DNA from: Candidatus Avispirillum sp.
GTDB lineage: Bacteria > Bacillota > Clostridia > Oscillospirales > CAG-272
DNA: 39,525 nt
Assembly (NCBI GenBank): GCA_045650355.1
Contig: JAZRRC010000023.1
Span: forward strand, 1 to 39,525
Direction: 5' to 3'
Below the pieces are notes generated by a model. That model was given only the letters and a program-made list of their open reading frames with translations, ran no database searches and was not told the DNA's origin. The position numbers and the translations under genes were made by a program. Of this stretch, positions 1-8,232 are shown in pieces (positions within the stretch are counted from its first letter, which is position 1; every line of letters starts with the position of its first letter).

Positions 1-59
1 GGGGGGGGGGTGGAGCGGGGGGGGGGGGGAAGGGAGAGGGCGGGTGGGGACAAGGGGGG
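1..59. other. poly-G / G-rich low-complexity run at the contig edge (probable sequencing or assembly artefact)
   Basis: The window opens with runs of 10-13 G broken by single bases. The flanking csaB-like frame dissolves into it. This is typical of two-colour-chemistry poly-G read tails. Confidence 0.7.
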
Positions 60-60
60 C

Positions 61-546
61 GGCTTTATCCTTGAGAAGCCTTTTTGCAAGGGTCAGGGAA
101 TCCTTGTCTCTCAGGGATATCCTGTCTGCCAGCAGCAGGGAAGAGCGGCATGCTTTTTCGTTTTTTATGGGTCCGAGACCGTTTGCATATATGAAAATTT
201 TGCATCCGAAAAGCTTTGCCATACGTAAAACAGCGCAGTAATATGCTAGGCTCCGACTGCTTGTGCTGTCCTGCAAAAGGCTTCCGCCTCCGCTTATAAA
301 AAGATCGGCTCCCGAAAATGCGCTAATAAGGGACAGCGGATTCGTGCGGCTTTTGCCTGTAAGCCTGATGCCTGAAACTGAGGGGAGGGATAAGGAGTCG
401 CGGCAAAGAACGCAGACCTCGGCTCCCGGTAGCCTTTCGGCAATGCCTGAAAGGATGGAAAACAGCACCGCCTCATCGCCTATGCTTTTGTAGCCGTAAT
501 ATCCGCCGATAACGATTTTGTGTTGCTTTTTTCGTTGTTTTTTCAT
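61..546 (-). CDS. csaB: polysaccharide pyruvyl transferase, CsaB-like (N-terminal part only; 3' end lost in the poly-G contig edge)
   Basis: My own reverse-complement translation from the ATG at 546-544 gives MKKQRKKQHKIVIGGYYGYKSIGDEAVLFSILSGIAERLPG...GADLFISGGGSLLQDSTSSRSLAYYCAVLRMAKLFGCKIFIYANGLGPIKNE... This shows the GYYG..GDEA and SGGGSLLQD.TS.RSL.YY motifs of CsaB-type enzymes. The frame stays open to the window edge, so it is missing from the ORF track. Confidence 0.75.
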
Positions 547-668
547 GTATAGCTCCTTTCATCCTTATTATTCCCTGAAAGAAGATTTTGTAATCAGGTG
601 AAAAGGAGTTGTCAAAACCATATCGGGATGGTAAAATCAATATAGCACTTTTGAAGGGAAAGACTGAG

Positions 669-1439
669 ATGGATGAAAAAATAACCGCAAAGGGGATATC
701 AAAAAATCTTTGCGCTCCTGTTGATATAGAAGTATATGATGAGCTGGACTCCACTAATACGGTTGCAAGGGAGAGACTCCTTTCGGGCTGTGCTCCGTGG
801 CATACTGTTATCGCCTGCCGTCAGACAGGGGGCGAGGGGCGTCTTGGACGAAGCTTTTTTTCTCCCTGCGATACGGGCATATACATGAGCTGTGTTCTTT
901 ATCCTGATTCAAAAGCAATCGGGCTTATAACGGGAATGGCGGCAGTCTGTGTCTGCGAAGCGCTTGAGGAGCTGGGGCTTTCTCCCTCCATCAAGTGGGT
1001 CAACGATATTTTTGTAAATGGCAAAAAGGTATGCGGAATCCTTGCAAAATCAGTATGTATCGGAGAAAGGATAGGAGTTATCCTCGGCATCGGAATCAAC
1101 GTTTATGAGCCGACGGAGGGCTTTCCCGAGGAGCTTTGCGGCATTGCGGGATTTTTGCTCAGTGAAAGAAAAGAGGGTCTTCGGGAGAAAATTTGCGCAA
1201 GGATTCTTGAGAGGCTCATGGAAAGATACGAGAGTGTGGGCGAGGACGATGCACCCTTGCAGTACCGCCTGCGCTGTATGACCGTAGGAAAAAAGGTCAC
1301 GGTAATCCCTACGGGGGTGCAGGACAAGGCGTGGGAGGCATATGCTCTTTGCGTTACGGATGAGTATCATCTCATAGTAAGAAAAGAAGACGGCGCAGAA
1401 GAAGAGCTTTCAAGCGGCGAGGTTAGTGTAAGACTGTAA
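669..1439 (+). CDS. birA: biotin--[acetyl-CoA-carboxylase] ligase, class I (no N-terminal HTH)
   Basis: GGEGRLGRSFFSP matches the biotinyl-AMP loop (GRGRxGRxW type). KWVNDIFVNGKKVCGIL matches the KWPND motif. A C-terminal SH3-like tail ends in SSGEVSVRL. The ORF-track start at 609 is TTG; the in-frame ATG at 669 (MDEKIT...) is preferred but not proven. Confidence 0.9.
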   Translation: MDEKITAKGISKNLCAPVDIEVYDELDSTNTVARERLLSGCAPWHTVIACRQTGGEGRLGRSFFSPCDTGIYMSCVLYPDSKAIGLITGMAAVCVCEALEELGLSPSIKWVNDIFVNGKKVCGILAKSVCIGERIGVILGIGINVYEPTEGFPEELCGIAGFLLSERKEGLREKICARILERLMERYESVGEDDAPLQYRLRCMTVGKKVTVIPTGVQDKAWEAYALCVTDEYHLIVRKEDGAEEELSSGEVSVRL

Positions 1440-1448
1440 TAAAAAAAG

Positions 1449-1477
1449 AAAAAACACCCTTTTGGGTGTTTTTTCTT
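1449..1477. terminator. bidirectional rho-independent terminator between convergent birA and the defence operon
   Basis: AAAAACACCC-TTTT-GGGTGTTTTT hairpin with an A-run upstream and a T-run downstream, so it reads as a terminator on both strands. Confidence 0.8.
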
Positions 1478-1478
1478 T

Positions 1479-1844
1479 TTAGTATTCCTTGAAGGTCCCG
1501 AATACAAATTTTGCGGTTTTCACGGTGGAGCCGTCGGGGGCTGTGTGCTCCTCGCTTATTCTTTTGGCACAGGCGGCAACAACGGGAATTCCCGCCTCCT
1601 TCAGCCTTGTGATAAGACGGAAGGAAAAGATGAATTCGCCCTGCACCATGGCAACGGGAGCATCGTATGACGTGATGATATCAAAATATTTCTTGACGAC
1701 CTCGTCAATTTTTTCGTTGCTCCAGAGCGGATCCACGTCGGGAAAGGGAATATCTGTTATGCTTCCGTATTCCATTGCCTTTTCAAGCTGAGCCTTGCTC
1801 CAGCTCTCCGATTTGTGGTTAGAAACGTTAATAAAGCTTCCCAT
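1479..1844 (-). CDS. small alpha/beta protein, last gene of the operon; possibly the Csx20-like type III accessory family (tentative, from memory)
   Basis: 121 aa. Its start codon abuts the stop of the upstream gene (1845/1844). N-terminal INVSNHKSESWSKAQ and central VAMVQGEFIFSF...AGIPVV suggest alternating beta-alpha elements of a Rossmann-like fold. No catalytic motif recognised. Confidence 0.7.
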   Translation of the reverse strand: MGSFINVSNHKSESWSKAQLEKAMEYGSITDIPFPDVDPLWSNEKIDEVVKKYFDIITSYDAPVAMVQGEFIFSFRLITRLKEAGIPVVAACAKRISEEHTAPDGSTVKTAKFVFGTFKEY

Positions 1845-3065
1845 TTAGCTCTCCTTAGACCTCATGTATTCTTCATAAAGCTTTATGCGCTCGTCTTTTT
1901 CAAGGGATACGCACTTCAGAATAAGCTCTCTTTGCTCTTCTGTTCTTTTGATAAATATAAGCTTTCCCGCATCGTAATGGTTGAGGCAGAGCACGTCATC
2001 GTTGGCGATTCGGTTGCAGGTGCCCTTTGAGGCGGACTCATTATCAAATACTCCGAGCATCATTCCTATCTGCTTATCGGAAACTACCCATGAATAGTTA
2101 CCGTCGCGCTCTCTCTTTGAAAATCCGTCATTTTTGTTAACAGCGTTTCCGCTTTTTATAACAATGCTTTCGTTGAAATGGGGCAGGTTTATTGAGTTTT
2201 TTGTCTCTTCTCTGAGACAAAGGCTTAAAATAAGATTTCGGGGAGCATCGTAATGGGAGGAATTGAACATTTCGGTGAGCCTTTTGATGGGCGCGCCGTT
2301 GTCTATTCTGTATGCCTCGAAGATATACTCATCCCCTGCACGGAATACTGCGATATAGTAGGGGAAATAAATGGTGCTGATTTCATTTTCCGCACGTATA
2401 GACATTTTTTTATAGCCCTGAGGGAGACCCAGCTCAAGGCGGTCCTTGTTGATATACTCGGAGTTGTTTATCATATTTTCAAGGTCTGATGCTGTGCGAA
2501 AGGCTGCTTTTCCCTCGGGAAGCCATACGGCATACTCGCTTTTGTTTATATTTTCGCTTCTGATGCAGTAAAGGTCAAGCTCATAGAAATCCACAGGCAT
2601 AAGTCTGACGGAGAAAACGTCAAAGAGCTTTTTCTCCATCTGAGTTCTTTCAAGCACCTTCTTGTTCAGCTTGATGGATTCAACTGCGGGCAGCTTGGGA
2701 ATAATGCCGTCAGGTGTCTCGATAAAATGGCCTGAATCACGAAGGTCAATAAAAAAGCTCTCTGCGATTTCATATGCATCTGCATCGATTCCGAGAAGGG
2801 AGAAAAGCTCGTCCTTATTCTTTATATAGATCTTATGGGCGGCTCTTTCCATATCATCCGTATATCCGCATATAAGCTTATCCATATATTTTTCGATAAT
2901 ATGGTATGTATCCTCACAGGCGGATGCCTCTATGTTCACGTCTATCTCGTAAACGGGATGAATAACCTTGAAAAGGCGAAAAAGTGTGGCGTTGTCGCTT
3001 CTTTTTTGACGGTATAGCCTGTTTGCCATTGTGGACTGATTGATTTTATGCGTCTTTTTATTCAT
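1845..3065 (-). CDS. hypothetical protein (406 aa), operon member with no recognisable motifs
   Basis: Long ORF co-directional with its neighbours, 32 nt downstream of the helicase gene and directly abutting the 121-aa gene. Composition is protein-like. I cannot assign a family by eye. Confidence 0.75.
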   Translation of the reverse strand: MNKKTHKINQSTMANRLYRQKRSDNATLFRLFKVIHPVYEIDVNIEASACEDTYHIIEKYMDKLICGYTDDMERAAHKIYIKNKDELFSLLGIDADAYEIAESFFIDLRDSGHFIETPDGIIPKLPAVESIKLNKKVLERTQMEKKLFDVFSVRLMPVDFYELDLYCIRSENINKSEYAVWLPEGKAAFRTASDLENMINNSEYINKDRLELGLPQGYKKMSIRAENEISTIYFPYYIAVFRAGDEYIFEAYRIDNGAPIKRLTEMFNSSHYDAPRNLILSLCLREETKNSINLPHFNESIVIKSGNAVNKNDGFSKRERDGNYSWVVSDKQIGMMLGVFDNESASKGTCNRIANDDVLCLNHYDAGKLIFIKRTEEQRELILKCVSLEKDERIKLYEEYMRSKES

Positions 3066-3097
3066 AACGACAAGGTCCTTTCTTCTTTATACGGTGC

Positions 3098-6000
3098 TCA
3101 GACGGAAATATATCCGCCGTTGCTCTTGCAGTAGTTGATGAGATCTCTGTAGAAGGCATCGGTGCTTTTGCGGTTGTGAACGGCACGTCGTCCGGATGAG
3201 GTGAGGGTCTCGGAATCGCCTACCATGACAAGGAGAGATTTTGCTCTTGTCATCATAACGTTTATGCGGCGGATTTCGTCCAGAAATCCTATTTTGTGGC
3301 GCGGATTACTTCTGACAAAGGAGTAGAAGATGATCTGATTGTCTCTTCCCTGGAAGGAGTCGAGGGTGTTTACCGTGAGGTGGGGAAGGATATCGTCAGG
3401 CTGCTTATCCTTGTAATATTTGTGAAGGCTCTTTTTGATGTAGTGCTCGATTACAGGCACCTGGTTTTTATATGCAGTAATTATACCGATATCGTAATCA
3501 CCCTTTTCGTTCTTAAGGGATTTTACAGAGCCTGTAAAGTTGCCGCTTTCAATGTCGAAAACAACACGTGCGATGTGATCTGCAAGTATTTTTGCTTCCA
3601 GCAGATTTGTCAGATTCTTTGTATCCTCACTGTCGCTTGCGGGCATGTACATATCGTCATCCTCGTCCTCTGTCTGAGCCACGCCGTCGGGATCGTATTC
3701 GTACTTGTCGGGTGAATTTGCGGTATCGATAAAATACATGGGCTTTGTAAATCCGCCGATGTGGAGAGTGCGCTCTTCTGCAGACACACCGCTTTTGTAC
3801 TTATTGTCATAGAAGTATCGGGATATAAATTCTGCAATAATGGGATGCATTCTGTACTGAGTATCAAGCATGACCTTGTTTTGGTCAAATGCGGGGTCAA
3901 GGAAGAGCTTTTCGAAAAGGCTGACAGAGTAAGTCTGCATAAGCTCGTTTACGCTTGTCACGGTATTGCTTTCCTCGAAATCAAAAAGATCATTGCTTTT
4001 AACGTAGGAGCAGAACTCATCTTTGCCTGTGGGAGCAAGCTGAATATGGTCGCCTATGAGAATGATCTTTTTTGCCTTAACAAGGGGAACGAGAAGGTCG
4101 TAGGCTGTTATCTGACCTGCCTCGTCGATGATCGCAACGTCATATTCCGCATCGGAGAATGCAGGGTCCATATCTGTTCCGATGCAGGTGGCACCGATGA
4201 TCTTAACGCACTGAACCAGAGGGTCCTCAAGGATTCTCTGGTCATCCGCAAGCTCCTCGTGCCATTCATCGAGAATGCTCTTGCAGAGGATCTTTGATCT
4301 TTCGGCATTTTTCTTCTTTTCCCGGAGCACGTCAACAAATCGCTGATAGTCGCCGGGGGAGTCGGGATCAACGGAGGGGGATTTTGAAATTTCTATAAAG
4401 ATTTCATAGGCGGAGTTTTTGCAAGGTGTGCCGAGAGCGCTCTTTGCTTTTGCATCGAGGGACTCTTTTTTGGTATCGGAATCCGAGGAGGATGAAAGGG
4501 CGATGCCGTAAAGCTCGCCGAGAGCACCCTTGCATCTTCCGGGGGCTGAGGTAAGGCAGAAATTAAGGGCAGTGATGCGCTCGAAAAATTCGCCCATACG
4601 GGATACAACGGCATCTGCATACATCTCGGATACCTCGATATATTCATGCTTCAGAATATCCTCAAGCCTTAAAATTATATCGTCCGTAAGTGCGGATGCT
4701 CCTGCAAGGCTTTCCTTTAAGGCCTTTGATCTTTTAGGACCGAGAAGGAGGGAGAAGAATTTACCTCCGAGTGTATATAAAAGCTTCTGACGTGCCTCTG
4801 AATATACGTCGCCCTGCTTTTCAAAGAAGGTGACAAGCTCTCCTATGGGTGCTGTTTCTTCCCCTGCTGCGGTGCACAAATCGATGATAGCATCCTCTGC
4901 TGCAAGTCGGTCGTCTCTTGCCTTTTCGCTTCGCTTTTTGATATCGTTCTCAATGGAAAGCGCAAGGGGGCGGCGGGTCTGCCCTCTGACCTCTTCAAGA
5001 ACCTTTTCGATACGTCCGAGGCGGAGGCACAGCATTTTTCTCGTCTTAGCCTCATCGTGGTAAAGGTCCATGCACTTTTCAATAACGTTGTCAACGGGAA
5101 GATTGCTCTTTGAGGAGATAAGAACCTTCTTGCCGTCTGCAATGAATTTCTTAACTATTTCTGTGATAATGGTGGTTTTTCCCGTGCCGGGAGGGCCCTG
5201 CACAAGAAGGAAGTCCTCTGTATTGAGGGCCTTTTCAATGGCGTCGATCTGAGACTCGTTCACCTGAACAGCATCCTCTTCGTTTTCGTCGTAGGGGGTA
5301 TATTTGGTTCTTATAACGAGGGGGCGAAGCTTCTTTCCGACTATAATATCGAGAAGGCTTTTGTTCGTGCAGGTGTTGTTTTTAAGGGAGGACAGGGCTT
5401 TTGCTTTGAGTCTGTACTCAACGTTTATGCTTTCCGTTATCTCGCCGCTTTGAGCAAGTCTTGTATAGATTTCGTTCATAGCATTGAAACGGATGTAGAG
5501 CCAGGGCTCACGGAAGTCCGTAACGATTCCGTTTACAGGTCTTGCACCGTCGTTTACGCTTACGCTGACCTGAGAGTTTTTCTTGGGATTACCTGTGACA
5601 GAGGTGGTTCTGAATCTGTAGATTACTCCGTCATCTGCTGCGTTTCGTGCTGAATCGATGGAATCGTATTCTGCAGAGAAAAGCATTCTTTCGGAGAATG
5701 CCTTCTCGCATTCGATGATCTCGCTGTAGGTTTCGATGAAATCAACGTAGCTGTTGATTTCGTCGTTTTCCTCGGGCTCTTTTTCTTCAACGATTTCTGC
5801 CTTGCGGGGCTGTCCGTCGAAGACGCTGTCGATAAATTCGAAGAAGGCAGAGGCGCCGCTCCTGTATACGTTGGGCTGAGTGTATCCCTTGAGGCAGGCG
5901 TATTGAGAGGGAAGTCCGCACACCTTCACAGCCTTGATGGCAGCAGTCAGCGTTCTGCTCTGGTACATAGTGTGGCAGCCCGTGATTTTCATGCTGATAA

Positions 6001-6247
6001 TGGGAGGCGAAGGGTTGTCCGGGTCTGAGAGATCGTAAAACGGCCATGCGTTGAACTCATGAGATGATGTGAACAGCTTATAATAAGCCTTGAGCTCGCC
6101 GTCTTTGTCGGTTTTAAATTCCTTGATGAAGCTAAAGCCGTCGCGGGCATTGTATTCTCTTTTGAAGGCATGGAAATCATCTGCGTTGTAGAAGAGGAGT
6201 ATGAAGGGACTGGAGGCGCTGATAGTATAGGTATAGGTTTTGCTCAT
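3098..6247 (-). CDS. SF1B helicase, Upf1/DNA2-like (AAA_11/AAA_12 type) with a roughly 340-aa unassigned N-terminal region
   Basis: Motif I LVQGPPGTGKTTII; Ia VLISSKSNLPVDNV; II VAIIDEAGQI; III ILIGDHIQLAPT; IV LDTQYRMHPIIAEF; V VNTLDSFQGRDNQIIFYSFVRSN; VI RRINVMMTRAKSLLVMVGD. About 350 aa, largely helical-looking, lie between motifs I and II. Confidence 0.93.
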   Translation of the reverse strand: MSKTYTYTISASSPFILLFYNADDFHAFKREYNARDGFSFIKEFKTDKDGELKAYYKLFTSSHEFNAWPFYDLSDPDNPSPPIISMKITGCHTMYQSRTLTAAIKAVKVCGLPSQYACLKGYTQPNVYRSGASAFFEFIDSVFDGQPRKAEIVEEKEPEENDEINSYVDFIETYSEIIECEKAFSERMLFSAEYDSIDSARNAADDGVIYRFRTTSVTGNPKKNSQVSVSVNDGARPVNGIVTDFREPWLYIRFNAMNEIYTRLAQSGEITESINVEYRLKAKALSSLKNNTCTNKSLLDIIVGKKLRPLVIRTKYTPYDENEEDAVQVNESQIDAIEKALNTEDFLLVQGPPGTGKTTIITEIVKKFIADGKKVLISSKSNLPVDNVIEKCMDLYHDEAKTRKMLCLRLGRIEKVLEEVRGQTRRPLALSIENDIKKRSEKARDDRLAAEDAIIDLCTAAGEETAPIGELVTFFEKQGDVYSEARQKLLYTLGGKFFSLLLGPKRSKALKESLAGASALTDDIILRLEDILKHEYIEVSEMYADAVVSRMGEFFERITALNFCLTSAPGRCKGALGELYGIALSSSSDSDTKKESLDAKAKSALGTPCKNSAYEIFIEISKSPSVDPDSPGDYQRFVDVLREKKKNAERSKILCKSILDEWHEELADDQRILEDPLVQCVKIIGATCIGTDMDPAFSDAEYDVAIIDEAGQITAYDLLVPLVKAKKIILIGDHIQLAPTGKDEFCSYVKSNDLFDFEESNTVTSVNELMQTYSVSLFEKLFLDPAFDQNKVMLDTQYRMHPIIAEFISRYFYDNKYKSGVSAEERTLHIGGFTKPMYFIDTANSPDKYEYDPDGVAQTEDEDDDMYMPASDSEDTKNLTNLLEAKILADHIARVVFDIESGNFTGSVKSLKNEKGDYDIGIITAYKNQVPVIEHYIKKSLHKYYKDKQPDDILPHLTVNTLDSFQGRDNQIIFYSFVRSNPRHKIGFLDEIRRINVMMTRAKSLLVMVGDSETLTSSGRRAVHNRKSTDAFYRDLINYCKSNGGYISV

Positions 6248-6278
6248 TTTATGGCCATTCCTTTCTTTTCAAACGGGC

Positions 6279-7043
6279 TTATACGTTACAGCTTATTAAA
6301 AAGGGGGCAAAGCAGGGCGCCTTGTCTTCAAAAATCAATTGAGGGAAGCTTGAAAATACGCTTCCGGGAAGGAAAAACTGAGTCTGTGCCGAAGCACTGA
6401 ATCCCAGTCTGAAAAATGAGAGAGGAAGCTTTGCGCTTTCTCCGTCTGTTTTCATCGGTGAAAGAAGCAGACAGGATGAGCTTTTCCCCGGGTTCAATTC
6501 CTTTACTGATTCAACCGTAAAGGAGTGACCGAGGATTTCTATCTCATCGCCTGCGAAGAGGGGAAGAGCGCCGACCTTGGCAACGTAAAACTCAAGGAGT
6601 GCGCCCTTTTTTATCTTTGTTTTGACGGGCACGACTGAGGAAGGCTCGATGCTCCTTGAAAAGGGAGAGGAAAATCCGTTCAAGGTAGAGTAGATGTGAG
6701 AATCCTTTACCTTCACCGCTCCGTCGCACAAAAGCTGAGTCAGGCTTTCGGGAGAGGAGAGGCTGTCGAGAAGGTCCTTTTCGATATATTCAGCCTTCTT
6801 GCAAACCTTGAATATTCTGTATTCCTCCTTGGAGGAAAGTCTTACGGTATCAAAGCTGAAGGGCTTGTATACGAATCCCTTGGCAAAGCAGTCGCTGAGG
6901 AGGAGCTTCTCTGTCTTGAAATCTGCAAGAGAAGAAAGAGCTGCAAAGATATCGGCAGAGGAGGGGATGCTGTCGAAAATATATTCAGCTGCAGCCCGTA
7001 TGGAAACGGAATATGACGTCATAGCTGCTTCAGATGCTTTCAA
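6279..7043 (-). CDS. hypothetical protein (254 aa), translationally coupled to the mCpol-like gene
   Basis: The TTG start at 7043 sits 9 nt after GGAGG and overlaps the upstream stop by 14 nt. An alternative ATG lies at 7022. No motifs recognised. Confidence 0.65.
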   Translation of the reverse strand: MKASEAAMTSYSVSIRAAAEYIFDSIPSSADIFAALSSLADFKTEKLLLSDCFAKGFVYKPFSFDTVRLSSKEEYRIFKVCKKAEYIEKDLLDSLSSPESLTQLLCDGAVKVKDSHIYSTLNGFSSPFSRSIEPSSVVPVKTKIKKGALLEFYVAKVGALPLFAGDEIEILGHSFTVESVKELNPGKSSSCLLLSPMKTDGESAKLPLSFFRLGFSASAQTQFFLPGSVFSSFPQLIFEDKAPCFAPFLISCNV

Positions 7044-8217
7044 TCAGGCTCTCCTCCTTTCTTTTTCTGATAATCTTGCTTTTGGAAAGGCGCAGTATTC
7101 TGCTTTTAAGCTCTCCTACGTTTGAGAGGATAACAAGACGCTGGTTTTTGTCAAGACCGTCAAGGATATTATCCATATCGTCCTTTGTATATTCGGCAAG
7201 GGCACAAAGCTGCTCCCAGGAGATTATCCTTTCGCCTATGGCAACGGCATTTTTCGTGCGTGTTGACTTTACGCATTCAAGCTGCTTTTCCGCAAGGTCG
7301 GAATAGTAGAAAAGAGGCACGCTGCCGAGGTCGTTTCTGATAACTGCAAGACCTGCGGAAATACCGAAAATAGAGCGGTACAGAGACAGCTCCTCCGTAC
7401 GTGAGATGCCGTCCTTTATCTTTTTGTAAAGAGAGCTGACGGTCAGAGGGTAATTGCAGCTTTTCAAAAGAACGAAAATATCGTCACCGCCTACGAATAT
7501 GGGGAAGATTCCGTCTGTTGATTCAACGGCTCCCTCGATAACACGGGCAAGGGCTGCGCTTGTTTGCTTTTTCTTGTCAAGCTGACCGATTCCCGCAAAG
7601 AAATCGCCCAGATTGTCAAGGTCAAGCTTGAGGGATGCGAAAAAGGATTTGTCGCTGTCGCTGCCGTGGGAGCTTCTTTTTTCGAATGCGGAGAAGGAAA
7701 AGTCCTCATCTCTGTATTCGGAAAAGGGAAAGCCTATAAGATTTTTGCAAAGGTATTTGTTTTTGTTAATAAGGATTCGCATATAGCTTGATGCATCCTC
7801 GTCCTTTGAGAGGGGATATTTATCGGTAACGCAGACCTCCGCCACGGCATAATAGACCTGAAGGCGTCCGTCAGTTTCCGTATAAATTATTCTTTGCAGC
7901 CTGTCGGCCTCCGCAAAAAGCTCCTTTTCCTTGACCTTCTTCGATACTGCCAGCATAAGCTTGCCGCTGGAGAGCGTCAGTACACGGGGGCAGCTCTTTT
8001 TTGGAAGCAGGGCAGTGAGCTTTTTCAGAATAAGCTCTGTTGCGAAAATAACGTACTGAGAGCGTGTCTGTATCTGCTCGGGCGTAGATTTCGTATCTAC
8101 AGAGCCGAAGATAAAGGACTGAATGCCAGAGAATTCAAAGCTTATAACGCGAAGCTTTTCCCGCGCCTTGAAATCTGCGGGAATCTCGCTGAAGGAAATA
8201 TAATGCTTCTGTTTCAT
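7030..8217 (-). CDS. minimal Cas10-like polymerase/cyclase (mCpol-like): two palm modules, no HD, Zn-finger or C-terminal helical domain
   Basis: Palm1-like: EFSGIQSFIF...TRSQYVIFATELI...LTLSSGKLMLAV (compare Csm1 DxSGIQxFIY...LRGRSFYL...GGGHFYLL). Palm2-like: LKLDLDNLGDFF (D199-x-D201), then 44 aa later IFVGGDDIFVLL (GGDD at residues 243-246, nt 7480-7491, checked by back-translation). Only 395 aa. Confidence 0.85.
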   Translation of the reverse strand: MKQKHYISFSEIPADFKAREKLRVISFEFSGIQSFIFGSVDTKSTPEQIQTRSQYVIFATELILKKLTALLPKKSCPRVLTLSSGKLMLAVSKKVKEKELFAEADRLQRIIYTETDGRLQVYYAVAEVCVTDKYPLSKDEDASSYMRILINKNKYLCKNLIGFPFSEYRDEDFSFSAFEKRSSHGSDSDKSFFASLKLDLDNLGDFFAGIGQLDKKKQTSAALARVIEGAVESTDGIFPIFVGGDDIFVLLKSCNYPLTVSSLYKKIKDGISRTEELSLYRSIFGISAGLAVIRNDLGSVPLFYYSDLAEKQLECVKSTRTKNAVAIGERIISWEQLCALAEYTKDDMDNILDGLDKNQRLVILSNVGELKSRILRLSKSKIIRKRKEESLIESI

Positions 8218-8232
8218 TTTTATACTTTTTAA

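Noticed and set aside
1-59. G-runs as a potential G-quadruplex or regulatory element.
   Set aside because: Its position at the extreme contig end and its degenerate pattern point to a sequencing artefact rather than biology.
473-754. 93-aa minus-strand ORF spanning the csaB-birA intergenic region.
   Set aside because: It is out of frame with the csaB-like start at 546, overlaps the birA 5' end, and has no RBS or motifs.
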